DNA of 24,000 bases from an uncultured Oscillospiraceae bacterium (GTDB lineage: Bacteria; Bacillota; Clostridia; Oscillospirales; Ruminococcaceae), in contig CAKTCT010000032.1 of NCBI GenBank assembly GCA_934539585.1, forward strand, positions 1-24,000, given 5' to 3'. The notes beneath the pieces were generated by a model. It was not told where the DNA came from and made no database searches. It saw only the letters and a list, made by a program, of their open reading frames with translations. Each line of letters begins with the position of its first letter. Positions within the stretch are counted from its first letter, which is position 1. Positions 8,157 to 15,595 of the stretch are shown one piece after another. The position numbers and the translations under genes were made by a program.

Positions 8157-9470
8157 ATGAAACACCTTCTGCGGGGCTCCCTGAAACGCGCCGCCGCCCT
8201 TCTCCTGGCCGCGGCCTGCCTCACCGCCTGCGGCGGCCCGGCGGACGAAGACGAGCCGGTGGGCCAGGACTGGCGGGTCCAGGGCATCGTTGACGACTAC
8301 GGCACCATCGTCCGGAACGACGAGGAAATCCCGGTCTGCATCTGCATCCACGACGAGGACGCAGCCTTTTACTACGACCAGCCGGAGCAGGTCTACTACG
8401 ACGGCGTGACCTTCCCCATGGCCTTCCCCGACGCGGCCGATTACGTCACCGGCGTGATGTTCGACGACCGCAACGGCGACGGCCAGAGCGACGTCACCAT
8501 CACCCTGGAGCTGGCCGACGGCTCCGCCGTGGGCATGGTCTGGTACTGGGACGAGGAAAACGGCTTTCTCTTTGCCCCGGAGGACTCCTCCGTCACCGGC
8601 GGCATCCAGGTGGAGGACGGCGACATCAGTCCCTACGTGGGCCTCTGGCAGTACGAGGCCCAGCACCTCTGGCTGAACATCCATGAGGACGCCTCCTGGG
8701 AGTTTTTGAACTCCGACCAGGGCGTCACCTACTCCGGCACGGCCCAGGCCAGCGATGGCGGCGTGGAGCTGTTCTTTGAGGACAACGGCGACACCATGAC
8801 GCTCATCGCCGCCGACGGCGTTCTCCTGGACCGGGAGGGCAACCAGCTGGTCCCGGTGGAGGAGATCGTCTCCACCGGCCCTTACTTCGAGGAAAACACC
8901 CTGAGCATCGACGGCGTCGTCGGCAAAGGAAGCGCCCTCCTGCCCGGCGCCATTTCCAACTACCGGGCTGACGGCTCCGGCTATACCCTGGGCGACGCCT
9001 ACTGGGAAGTCACCGTGGACCGGGACGACACCCACGACGGCATCCGGGATCTGGAATTCACGGCGGTGTGCTACCTGCCGGAATCCTCCATCCCCCTCTT
9101 TGACACCGACTTCACCAGCAAGGTTTTCAGCGAGCTCTGCGACTATTACACCGGCGTGGTGTTCCCCATCCCCATGGACGACGACCACCTGCGCTACTCC
9201 TTTGAATGGCAGGGCGAGATGCAGGAGGCGGAGTTCTTCATCACCCGGACCTGGGAAAAGACCGGCGACTGGTTCTACGTCTTTACCAAGCATTTCAACG
9301 CCTACCTTCCCGCAGGCTACGACGGGCTGATCTTCGCGGCCATGCCCGCCCCCAACAGCTACGCCAATCAGCTGGAATGGGACCGCATCGACGAGGAAAA
9401 GGCCCTCTACTCCCTGACGGACCTGCCCTCCCTGGACCCCCACAGCTGCCTGTTCTTCCCCATGGGGTAA
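8157..9470 (+). CDS. Secreted acidic lipoprotein, paralog-like of the preceding gene
   Basis: MKHLLRGSLKRAAALLLAAACLTACGG is a signal peptide plus lipobox (LTAC). RBS GGATGGAG lies upstream of the ATG at 8157. It carries the same G-x-W…DG-x-W/F motif style as the upstream lipoprotein. Confidence 0.8.
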   Translation: MKHLLRGSLKRAAALLLAAACLTACGGPADEDEPVGQDWRVQGIVDDYGTIVRNDEEIPVCICIHDEDAAFYYDQPEQVYYDGVTFPMAFPDAADYVTGVMFDDRNGDGQSDVTITLELADGSAVGMVWYWDEENGFLFAPEDSSVTGGIQVEDGDISPYVGLWQYEAQHLWLNIHEDASWEFLNSDQGVTYSGTAQASDGGVELFFEDNGDTMTLIAADGVLLDREGNQLVPVEEIVSTGPYFEENTLSIDGVVGKGSALLPGAISNYRADGSGYTLGDAYWEVTVDRDDTHDGIRDLEFTAVCYLPESSIPLFDTDFTSKVFSELCDYYTGVVFPIPMDDDHLRYSFEWQGEMQEAEFFITRTWEKTGDWFYVFTKHFNAYLPAGYDGLIFAAMPAPNSYANQLEWDRIDEEKALYSLTDLPSLDPHSCLFFPMG

Positions 9471-9474
9471 CGCC

Positions 9475-10389
9475 ATGAAAAACGACAGAATCCCGCCCCA
9501 GAGCCCCGGGGACCAGGCCCTTTCCCGGGGGATCCGGGGATACGCCCTGGCCATCCGGGCCCTCCTTCTGGGAGCCGCCGCCTGCACGGTGCTGTTTCTG
9601 CTGAACCTCATCCTCTGGAACCGGACCGGGACCGCCTTCCTCTGGCTCTGCGGAGTGGTCCCCCTGATTTTCCTGACGGGGTGGGCCGCTTCCCGCCAGA
9701 AGCAGCTGATCTGGAACCACCTGGGCGGCGAAATCCACCAGCAGATCGAAGAACGCTTCGGCCCGGCCCTCCAGGAGCCGGGAATGACCATCGGCGAGGC
9801 CCTGATCCGGCAAGGCGCCATGATCCCCTGTCCCTGGGAGGAAAGCCGCATCACCGAAAACCGCGTGGGCCTTTATCACGGCCTCCGGTTCTTTGCCGCC
9901 AACGTGGAGCTGGTCCACGAGTACGACGCCATGATGAACCGGGAGGGCGTCACCGACGTCCTCCGGGAGACGGTCTTTTCCGGGTCGTGCCTGGCCGTGG
10001 AGGCCCGGCGGCCCTTCCCCGCCGCCTTCCGGGTCCTTCCCGGGGAGGACGGCGCGTTTACCGGGGACCCGGCCTTTGACCGCCGGTTTTCCGTCTCCGC
10101 CGACGACCCCCGGGCCGCCCGGGAGCTGCTGACCCCGGAGCGGCGGGCCCTCCTGCTGGAAATCGCCGACCTGCACCCCGTCTCCTTCGCCTTTCTGGAG
10201 GACCGGGTGCTCCTGGCCCTGGGCGGCCCGCCCCGGTTCCTGGCCATCGGCTCCGACATCGACGTGAAGAACATCGACACCCTGCGGCAGAGCTTCCGCC
10301 GCTCCCTGGACCACACCGCCGCCATCCTGGACATTCTGGCCCGGGACGACCGGCTCCATCCCACTGGCGAGAAAGGAAATGCAGTATGA
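9475..10389 (+). CDS. DUF3137-like membrane protein (two N-terminal TM helices)
   Basis: 304 aa. An N-terminal TM hairpin is followed by a domain resembling DUF3137 (…FFAANVELVHEY…, …DPAFDRRFSVSADDPRAARELLTPE…). The stop overlaps the lemA start (ATGA). DUF3137 and LemA are known genomic neighbours. Confidence 0.65.
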   Translation: MKNDRIPPQSPGDQALSRGIRGYALAIRALLLGAAACTVLFLLNLILWNRTGTAFLWLCGVVPLIFLTGWAASRQKQLIWNHLGGEIHQQIEERFGPALQEPGMTIGEALIRQGAMIPCPWEESRITENRVGLYHGLRFFAANVELVHEYDAMMNREGVTDVLRETVFSGSCLAVEARRPFPAAFRVLPGEDGAFTGDPAFDRRFSVSADDPRAARELLTPERRALLLEIADLHPVSFAFLEDRVLLALGGPPRFLAIGSDIDVKNIDTLRQSFRRSLDHTAAILDILARDDRLHPTGEKGNAV

Positions 10390-10919
10390 AAATCGCAATC
10401 ATTCTCCTGATTCTGGCAGTTCTTCTTGCCATTTGGTGCATCGCCACCGTCAACGGCTTCCGGAAAAAGGAAATCCGGGCCCAGGAAGGGCTTTCCGGCA
10501 TCGAGGTGGCCCTGGCCAAGCGCTACGACATGCTGACCAAGCTCCTGGACGCCGCCAAGGGCTACCTGACCCATGAGACCCAGCTGTTCACCGGGACCAT
10601 CCAGCTCCGCCAGGGCATGAACATCAGCCAGCTGAACCAGGCCCAGCAGCAGATGGAGGACCTTTCCGGCAAGCTCTTTGCCGTGGCCGAGAATTACCCC
10701 CAGCTCCGCTCCGACCAGGTCGTCGTGGAGCTCCAGCGGGGCATCCGGGACGCGGAGGAGCACCTCCAGGCCGCCCGGCGGCTCTACAACTCCAACGCCG
10801 CCAGCTATAACGCCGCCATTGCCATGTTCCCCGCAAGCCTCCTGGCCAAGGGCCGCCAGCCCCTGGAATTTTTCCAGGCCGACGCCAAAAAGCGTGAAGA
10901 CGTAACCATTTCGCTATGA
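10386..10919 (+). CDS. lemA: LemA family protein
   Basis: 177 aa. N-terminal TM anchor plus characteristic LemA sequence (…ALAKRYDMLTKLLDAAKGY…ENYPQLRSDQVVVELQ…AARRLYNSNAASYNAAIAMFPASLLA…). Confidence 0.9.
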   Translation: MKIAIILLILAVLLAIWCIATVNGFRKKEIRAQEGLSGIEVALAKRYDMLTKLLDAAKGYLTHETQLFTGTIQLRQGMNISQLNQAQQQMEDLSGKLFAVAENYPQLRSDQVVVELQRGIRDAEEHLQAARRLYNSNAASYNAAIAMFPASLLAKGRQPLEFFQADAKKREDVTISL

Positions 10920-10934
10920 CTCCGGGAGGATTAT

Positions 10935-11864
10935 ATGGAAAAGAAGAATCGAACGCAGGAAGCCGCGCCCACCCTTTCCGACGAGGAGCTTACCAGCCAG
11001 CTGGCCAAGTATAAGGCCCTCCTGGTCCTCGGGAAGCTCCTGGTGGGCGCGGGGGTGGTTGTCACCGGGATCAGCCTGTTCACGGGGATGATTCCTGGCG
11101 TTGTCGTCGGTATCCTCCTCGCCATCATCGGCAGCCTCGTCTCCCAGAAAGCCTCCGGCGCCATCAAGACCCGGACCAGCTCCAACCTGGTCCGGGCGGC
11201 CCTGGAGTCTGTTTTCGACAACGTAGACTACCAGCCCTTCCGGCACCTGTCCAGCTCCCAGATTTACAGCGCCGGGATGGCCTTCCCCTTCAGCTTTGAC
11301 GAAATTGAGGGCAGCGACTGCGTCAAGGCCGTCTACAAGGGCCTGAACATCGAGATGAGCGACATCTCCCTGGTCAGCGTCACCACCACGGAGGACGAAA
11401 ACGGCATGCAGAGCGAAAGCCGCTCCACGGTGTTCCAGGGCCTGTGGATGATCTGCGACTTCGGCAAGACCCTTTCCGCCGAGGTGAAACTGAGCAAGCG
11501 GAGCAAACTGGACCGGCTTTTCCGCAGCAAGGGCATCCAGACCGAAAGCGAGGAGTTCAACAAGCGCTTCTGCATCCAGTCGGAGAGCCCGGTGGAAGCC
11601 TTCTACATCCTGACGCCCCACATGATGGAGTACATCCTGGGGATGCAGTCCAAGGGCGGCGGCGACGTCTACATGAGCTTCCTCCGGGAGGGCAAGGTCC
11701 ACATCGCCATCAACTCCGGCCGGGACTCCTTTGAAGCGGAGAAGGGCACGGTAAACGCCGCCGCTCTCCGGGAGAAGTTCGTGGGCGAGATTCGGTACAT
11801 CACCGACCTCATCGACGAGCTGCGGCTGGTAGATACCTTATATCAGAAGGAGGGAACGGTATGA
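10935..11864 (+). CDS. DUF3137 domain membrane protein (second copy)
   Basis: 309 aa. TM hairpin, then …CVKAVYKGLNIEMSDISLV…FQGLWMICDFGK…EEFNKRFCIQSESPVEAFYILTPHMMEYIL…, which is typical DUF3137 architecture. RBS GGGAGG upstream. Confidence 0.75.
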   Translation: MEKKNRTQEAAPTLSDEELTSQLAKYKALLVLGKLLVGAGVVVTGISLFTGMIPGVVVGILLAIIGSLVSQKASGAIKTRTSSNLVRAALESVFDNVDYQPFRHLSSSQIYSAGMAFPFSFDEIEGSDCVKAVYKGLNIEMSDISLVSVTTTEDENGMQSESRSTVFQGLWMICDFGKTLSAEVKLSKRSKLDRLFRSKGIQTESEEFNKRFCIQSESPVEAFYILTPHMMEYILGMQSKGGGDVYMSFLREGKVHIAINSGRDSFEAEKGTVNAAALREKFVGEIRYITDLIDELRLVDTLYQKEGTV

Positions 11865-12085
11865 CCGTAGCCACCGCCATCATTCTCCTGATTTTCGCAG
11901 CCGCGGCCCTGGTCTGGGCGGTGATCGCCAAGCCCAGGAAGGCGGTGCGGATCGTCTGCATCGTCATCAGCGCCGTAATCGCCCTGGGATGCGCCGCCTA
12001 CATCGCCCTGGCGTTCCTGCTGGTCAACGGCATCCAGAACCAGCCCCCCATAGCGACAAGAATCGTCGAGACGATCCAACTCTAA
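11861..12085 (+). CDS. Small hypothetical membrane protein (74 aa, 2 predicted TM helices)
   Basis: The start overlaps the upstream stop (ATGA), suggesting translational coupling. It has two hydrophobic stretches separated by KPRKAVR. Confidence 0.5.
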   Translation: MTVATAIILLIFAAAALVWAVIAKPRKAVRIVCIVISAVIALGCAAYIALAFLLVNGIQNQPPIATRIVETIQL

Positions 12086-12104
12086 GCGCCGAAGGCGCTT
12101 AACC

Positions 12105-12720
12105 GGCACCACGTCAGGATGCCAGCCATCCACGTCAAGCCGCCGCGTATCTCCAAATCCTCATACAGGAGTCAAAGCGGTAAAAAGTGCTGCACGGTTG
12201 CCTACTGTCTGAGCACCGATAGCGGCGGCGGGAAGTGTCGCGTGCGGATATGTTTATCCAGCGCCTGCCGCCATTGGGGTCTTTAGGGGCGCAGCCCCTA
12301 AACGGTTTTTCTCCCCAATCTTTTTTCCGTAAAAAAGATTGGGTGCCCTGGTAGGACATAACAAATCTGTACAAACGTAAGTAGCCGCATAGGCTAGTAG
12401 GGCTTGCCGATTACGAATTAAAATCGGCAGCGCTACCGGCCTATGCGGCTACGTTCGCTTTGGATTATTGATAGGTCGGTCATAGCACCCCTTCTTTTCC
12501 CGCGTGGGAAAAGAAGGGGGAGAAAAGGACGCTCGGGTGGCTCCCGCCCCCCGAGGCCCCCTAAAGTCGCGCCTGAGGCTTCGGAGGACCCCGATATTAC
12601 CTCGCGGTGGACACGGCCGCCGCAATTGGTGGGGAGACAGTAGGCATCCAGCTGCCACTTTCGGACGTTTTGTTCCTCACGATGGGCTTTGGGGGCAGGC
12701 GGCGGCCTGACGTGGGTACC
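12105..12720. repeat. Copy A of a ~600-bp quasi-palindromic intergenic element (U-type arm ~12131-12412, apex ~12413-12421, inverted V-type arm ~12422-12716)
   Basis: Homologous to 16173-16806 (inverted) and 20337-20940 (direct). Terminal inverted motif GGCACCACGTCAGG…CCTGACGTGGGTACC. A 14-bp perfect central stem pairs 12381-12394 with 12439-12452. Local hairpins at 12282-12302, 12314-12343 and 12488-12519. Confidence 0.85.
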
Positions 12721-12721
12721 A

Positions 12722-13708
12722 TTATTTCTCACCCAAAATTTCTCGTAATACTTCTCTCGACACCAAAATGTCCTCTTTCGGAATTTTCTCCCAGGAAAAT
12801 TCCGGGATCAGCTCGGCGGCTTTTACCGGCTCCGGGCGGTCCAGCAACCCCGCCAGCCAGGCTAACAGCCCCAGAACCGCCTCCGGCCCGGTTACCCGCT
12901 GCCGCAAGGCCCCTAAATCCAGGTCGCCGTCCCGCTTGGACAGCCTCCGCCCGTCCTCGGCGGCCAGCAGGGGAATGTGCCCGTACCGCGGCGGCGAAAA
13001 TCCCCACAAGGATTGCAGCCAGATCTGCCGGGGACTGGACGAAAGCAGATCGCTGCCCCGGACCACCTCGGTGACGCCCATCAGCGCGTCGTCCAGGGCC
13101 GCCGCCAGCTGATACGCAAAGACCCCGTCCGCCCGCCGGAGGATAAAATCCCCGCAATCCCGGCTGAGCAGCTCCCGCTGGGGCCCGTAGTGGAGGTCGT
13201 CAAAGGCCACCCACTCCTCCGGGACCCGGATGCGGGCCGCGGGCTTCCGGGTCCTGGCCCGGAGCGCCGCTTCCTCCGGCGTCAGGTTCCGGCACCGGCC
13301 GGTGTACAGAAACCGCCCGTCGGAGCGGTGGGGCGCTTCCGCAGAATGGAGCTCCGTCCGGCTGCAAAAACAGGGGTATAAAAGCCCCATGTCCTCCAGC
13401 TTCCGGAAATATTTCCGGTAAATCTCCGTGCGCTGGCTCTGGAAATAGGGGCCGTTGGGCCCGCCTGCGGAGCACCCCTCGTCCCAGTCAAGACCCAGCC
13501 ACCGGAGGTCCTCCTCCAGAAGCCCGGCGTAGGCCCGGGGCGCACGCTCCGGGTCCAGGTCCTCGATGCGGAGGATCACCCGCCCGCCCTGGGACCGCGC
13601 GGAAAGCCAACTCAAAAGGGAACAGAACACGTTCCCCAGGTGCATCCGCCCGCTGGGCGTGGGCGCGAACCGCCCGGTAACGGCAGCCATGGCCATCATC
13701 CTTTCCAA
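12722..13708 (-). CDS. gluQ: tRNA glutamyl-Q(34) synthetase (GluQRS; truncated GluRS paralog)
   Basis: GRFAPTPSGRMHLGN (HIGH-like), ILRIEDLDPER, FAYQLAAALDDALMGVTEVVRGSDLL and LSKRDG (KMSKS-like). ~320 aa with no anticodon-binding domain. The exact start is uncertain (TTG at 13708 or a downstream ATG). Confidence 0.85.
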   Translation of the reverse strand: MERMMAMAAVTGRFAPTPSGRMHLGNVFCSLLSWLSARSQGGRVILRIEDLDPERAPRAYAGLLEEDLRWLGLDWDEGCSAGGPNGPYFQSQRTEIYRKYFRKLEDMGLLYPCFCSRTELHSAEAPHRSDGRFLYTGRCRNLTPEEAALRARTRKPAARIRVPEEWVAFDDLHYGPQRELLSRDCGDFILRRADGVFAYQLAAALDDALMGVTEVVRGSDLLSSSPRQIWLQSLWGFSPPRYGHIPLLAAEDGRRLSKRDGDLDLGALRQRVTGPEAVLGLLAWLAGLLDRPEPVKAAELIPEFSWEKIPKEDILVSREVLREILGEK

Positions 13709-13711
13709 ACT

Positions 13712-15595
13712 TTATACCGGGAGCTCATAAAGCCGGAACCACTTGAGCCCCGGCAGCCCCGATTCCAGCGTCCCCGCCCGGCGGAAGCCATAGGTCTCGT
13801 ACAGCGCGATCGCCGGGGAATTTTCCGTAAAAACGTCCAGCCGGAGGGCCTTGCAGCCGGTCTCCCGGCCCAATTTCCGGGCATGATCCAGGAGAAACCG
13901 CCCGCCTCCCCGCCGGGAGCACCCCGGGTCCACGCTGAGGGTGTGGACCGCCAGGACCTGCTCCTCCTCCGCCGGGACCTGCCAGGAGCCGCCGGCCCAG
14001 AACCCGGCCTGGTCGTGGTTCAGGATCACCGCCCCCGCCGGAAGGCCGCCGTCCTCCAGCAGCCAGAGGGTCCCGGCGGAAACGGTGGCCTCGGCCTCCT
14101 CACGCTCGGGATAAACCCCGCTGCGCCAGCCGCTGGGATTGACCAAGGCCCGCTCCGCCCGGCGGCAGATGCGCTCCCACAGGTCCGCCACCGCCGGAAT
14201 GTCCTCCCGGCGGGCCTGCCGGACCCGGAACTCCGGCTTCCGCGGGTACTCCGGGGAAAGCATGGGCCGGTGCTCCGGCAGCCAGCGGAGCAGCGCCGCC
14301 TTTTCGTTGGGGCACTCCCCATCCAGCACCCCTTCCAGTAGCTCCTCCAGCGACGCGCCGATCTCCCGGCCTGGGGCGACCCCCGCCGCCAGCAGGTCCT
14401 TGCCGCTGACGGCCAGCTGCTCCAGGGAAAGGCAGTCCCCGGCCTCCAGAATGTCCCGGGCCAGGGCCTCCAGCTTGTCCAAAAGGGAGCCCCGGTCGAA
14501 AGCCGGATTCTTAGCCCGGTCGTCGGCCCGCTTGACCTGCAGAAGGGCGAAAAAGTCCCCCGGCCCCAGCTCCCGGAGCCACCGGCACAGGACCGGCCGC
14601 TCCGGGGGAACCGCTGCGTCGTGCCACCGGACCAGGGTCCGGACCCGGCGGGCAGTCTCCCCGTCGGCGTCCAGGCGGCGGAGGACCTCCCTTGCGATGC
14701 CCTCGGAGGCGGCGGGGTGGCCCTTGAAATGCCCCCGGCCGCTGCGGTCCGTGAAGAAGCAGGCGGGCTTGCCGATGTCGTGGAGCAGCATGGTCAGCCG
14801 CAGCACCGGCTCCGGCGGGACCCCCTCCACCGCCCGGACCGTGTGCTCGTACACGTCCCAGAGGTGGTAGGGCGTGCGCTGGTCAAAGCCCCGCAAGGGC
14901 TCCAGCTCCGGGATGATCACCGCGAAGACCTCCGGAAATTCCCGGAGCACCCGCCCGGCCCCCGGCCCGCAGAGGAGCTTCAAAAGCTCCGGAAAAACCC
15001 GCTGGGGAGCCACCAGCCGGAGCCGTTCCCGATTCCGGCGAAGGCTCTGGGCGGTGGCCTGGTCCAGGGAAAAGTCCAGCGCCGCCGCAAACCGCAGCCC
15101 CCGGAGAATCCGCAGCGCGTCCTCCCCGAACCGCCGGTCCGGGTCCCCCACGCAGCGGATGATCCCCGCCGCCAGGTCCTCCCGGCCCCCGAAGCAGTCG
15201 GTGATTCCCTCCTCCGGGGACCAGGCCATGGCGTTGACGGTGAAATCCCGCCGGGCCAGGTCCTCCCGGAGGGAACGGGTGAAGGCCACGGAGTCCGGCC
15301 TGCGGCTGTCGGAGTAGGGCCCGTCCACCCGGTAGGTGGTGATCTCCAGGGGGCTGCCATCCAGGAGGACCGTCACCGTGCCGTGCTTTTCCCCGGTGGG
15401 GATCACCGGGACCCCGGCAAAGACCTCCCGGACCTCCTGGGGAAAGGCGGAGGTGGTGATGTCCCAGTCGTGGGGATCCCGCCCCAGCAGGCAGTCCCGG
15501 ACGCAGCCCCCAACGGCCTGGGCGGCGTACCCGGCGTCCCGGAGCCGGGCCAGGGCCTCCCGGACCGGTCCGGGGCAGGCTTCCGGCCGGATCAC
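13712..15595 (-). CDS. cca: CCA-adding enzyme (tRNA nucleotidyltransferase, class II, with HD domain) fused to a C-terminal GNAT acetyltransferase domain
   Basis: The GTG start overlaps the ybaK stop (GTGA). Head domain: AVGGCVRDCLLGR…DWDITT…RRDFTVNAMA. HD motif: LLHDIGKP. The C-terminal ~165 aa (about 13712-14215) carry a GNAT motif: HTLSVDPGCSRRGGGRFLLDHARKLGRETGCKALRLDVF…ALYETYGF. The ORF-track extension to 16099 is rejected. Confidence 0.85.
   Translation of the reverse strand: MIRPEACPGPVREALARLRDAGYAAQAVGGCVRDCLLGRDPHDWDITTSAFPQEVREVFAGVPVIPTGEKHGTVTVLLDGSPLEITTYRVDGPYSDSRRPDSVAFTRSLREDLARRDFTVNAMAWSPEEGITDCFGGREDLAAGIIRCVGDPDRRFGEDALRILRGLRFAAALDFSLDQATAQSLRRNRERLRLVAPQRVFPELLKLLCGPGAGRVLREFPEVFAVIIPELEPLRGFDQRTPYHLWDVYEHTVRAVEGVPPEPVLRLTMLLHDIGKPACFFTDRSGRGHFKGHPAASEGIAREVLRRLDADGETARRVRTLVRWHDAAVPPERPVLCRWLRELGPGDFFALLQVKRADDRAKNPAFDRGSLLDKLEALARDILEAGDCLSLEQLAVSGKDLLAAGVAPGREIGASLEELLEGVLDGECPNEKAALLRWLPEHRPMLSPEYPRKPEFRVRQARREDIPAVADLWERICRRAERALVNPSGWRSGVYPEREEAEATVSAGTLWLLEDGGLPAGAVILNHDQAGFWAGGSWQVPAEEEQVLAVHTLSVDPGCSRRGGGRFLLDHARKLGRETGCKALRLDVFTENSPAIALYETYGFRRAGTLESGLPGLKWFRLYELPV

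Noticed and set aside
12222-12229. GCGGCGGC / GCCGCCGC triplet runs and the regular ~4-kb recurrence of the repeats as a possible CRISPR-like or tandem array.
   Set aside because: The repeats are ~600 bp, are separated by housekeeping genes rather than short spacers, and alternate in orientation. No cas genes are present.
12314-12343. The T/A-rich 13-14-bp hairpins of the repeat as ordinary rho-independent terminators.
   Set aside because: No U-tract follows the stem on either strand; the flanking sequence is TGCCCTGG or GAGAAAAGG. The same hairpin also occurs in copy B, which sits between divergent promoters where no terminator is needed.
12135-12732. ORFs inside the repeat copies that look conserved between copies. 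Examples: 12135-12374, 16493-16771 and 20356-20655; 12449-12658, 16245-16454 and 20671-20880; 12443-12643 and 16260-16460; 12504-12710 and 20705-20932.
   Set aside because: Open frames occur on both strands and in several frames at once, as expected for GC-rich DNA. The translations are Arg/Pro/Gly-rich and low-complexity, and their N-termini differ between copies. There are no RBS/start signals. Differences between copies follow base-pairing (compensatory stem changes), not codon structure.
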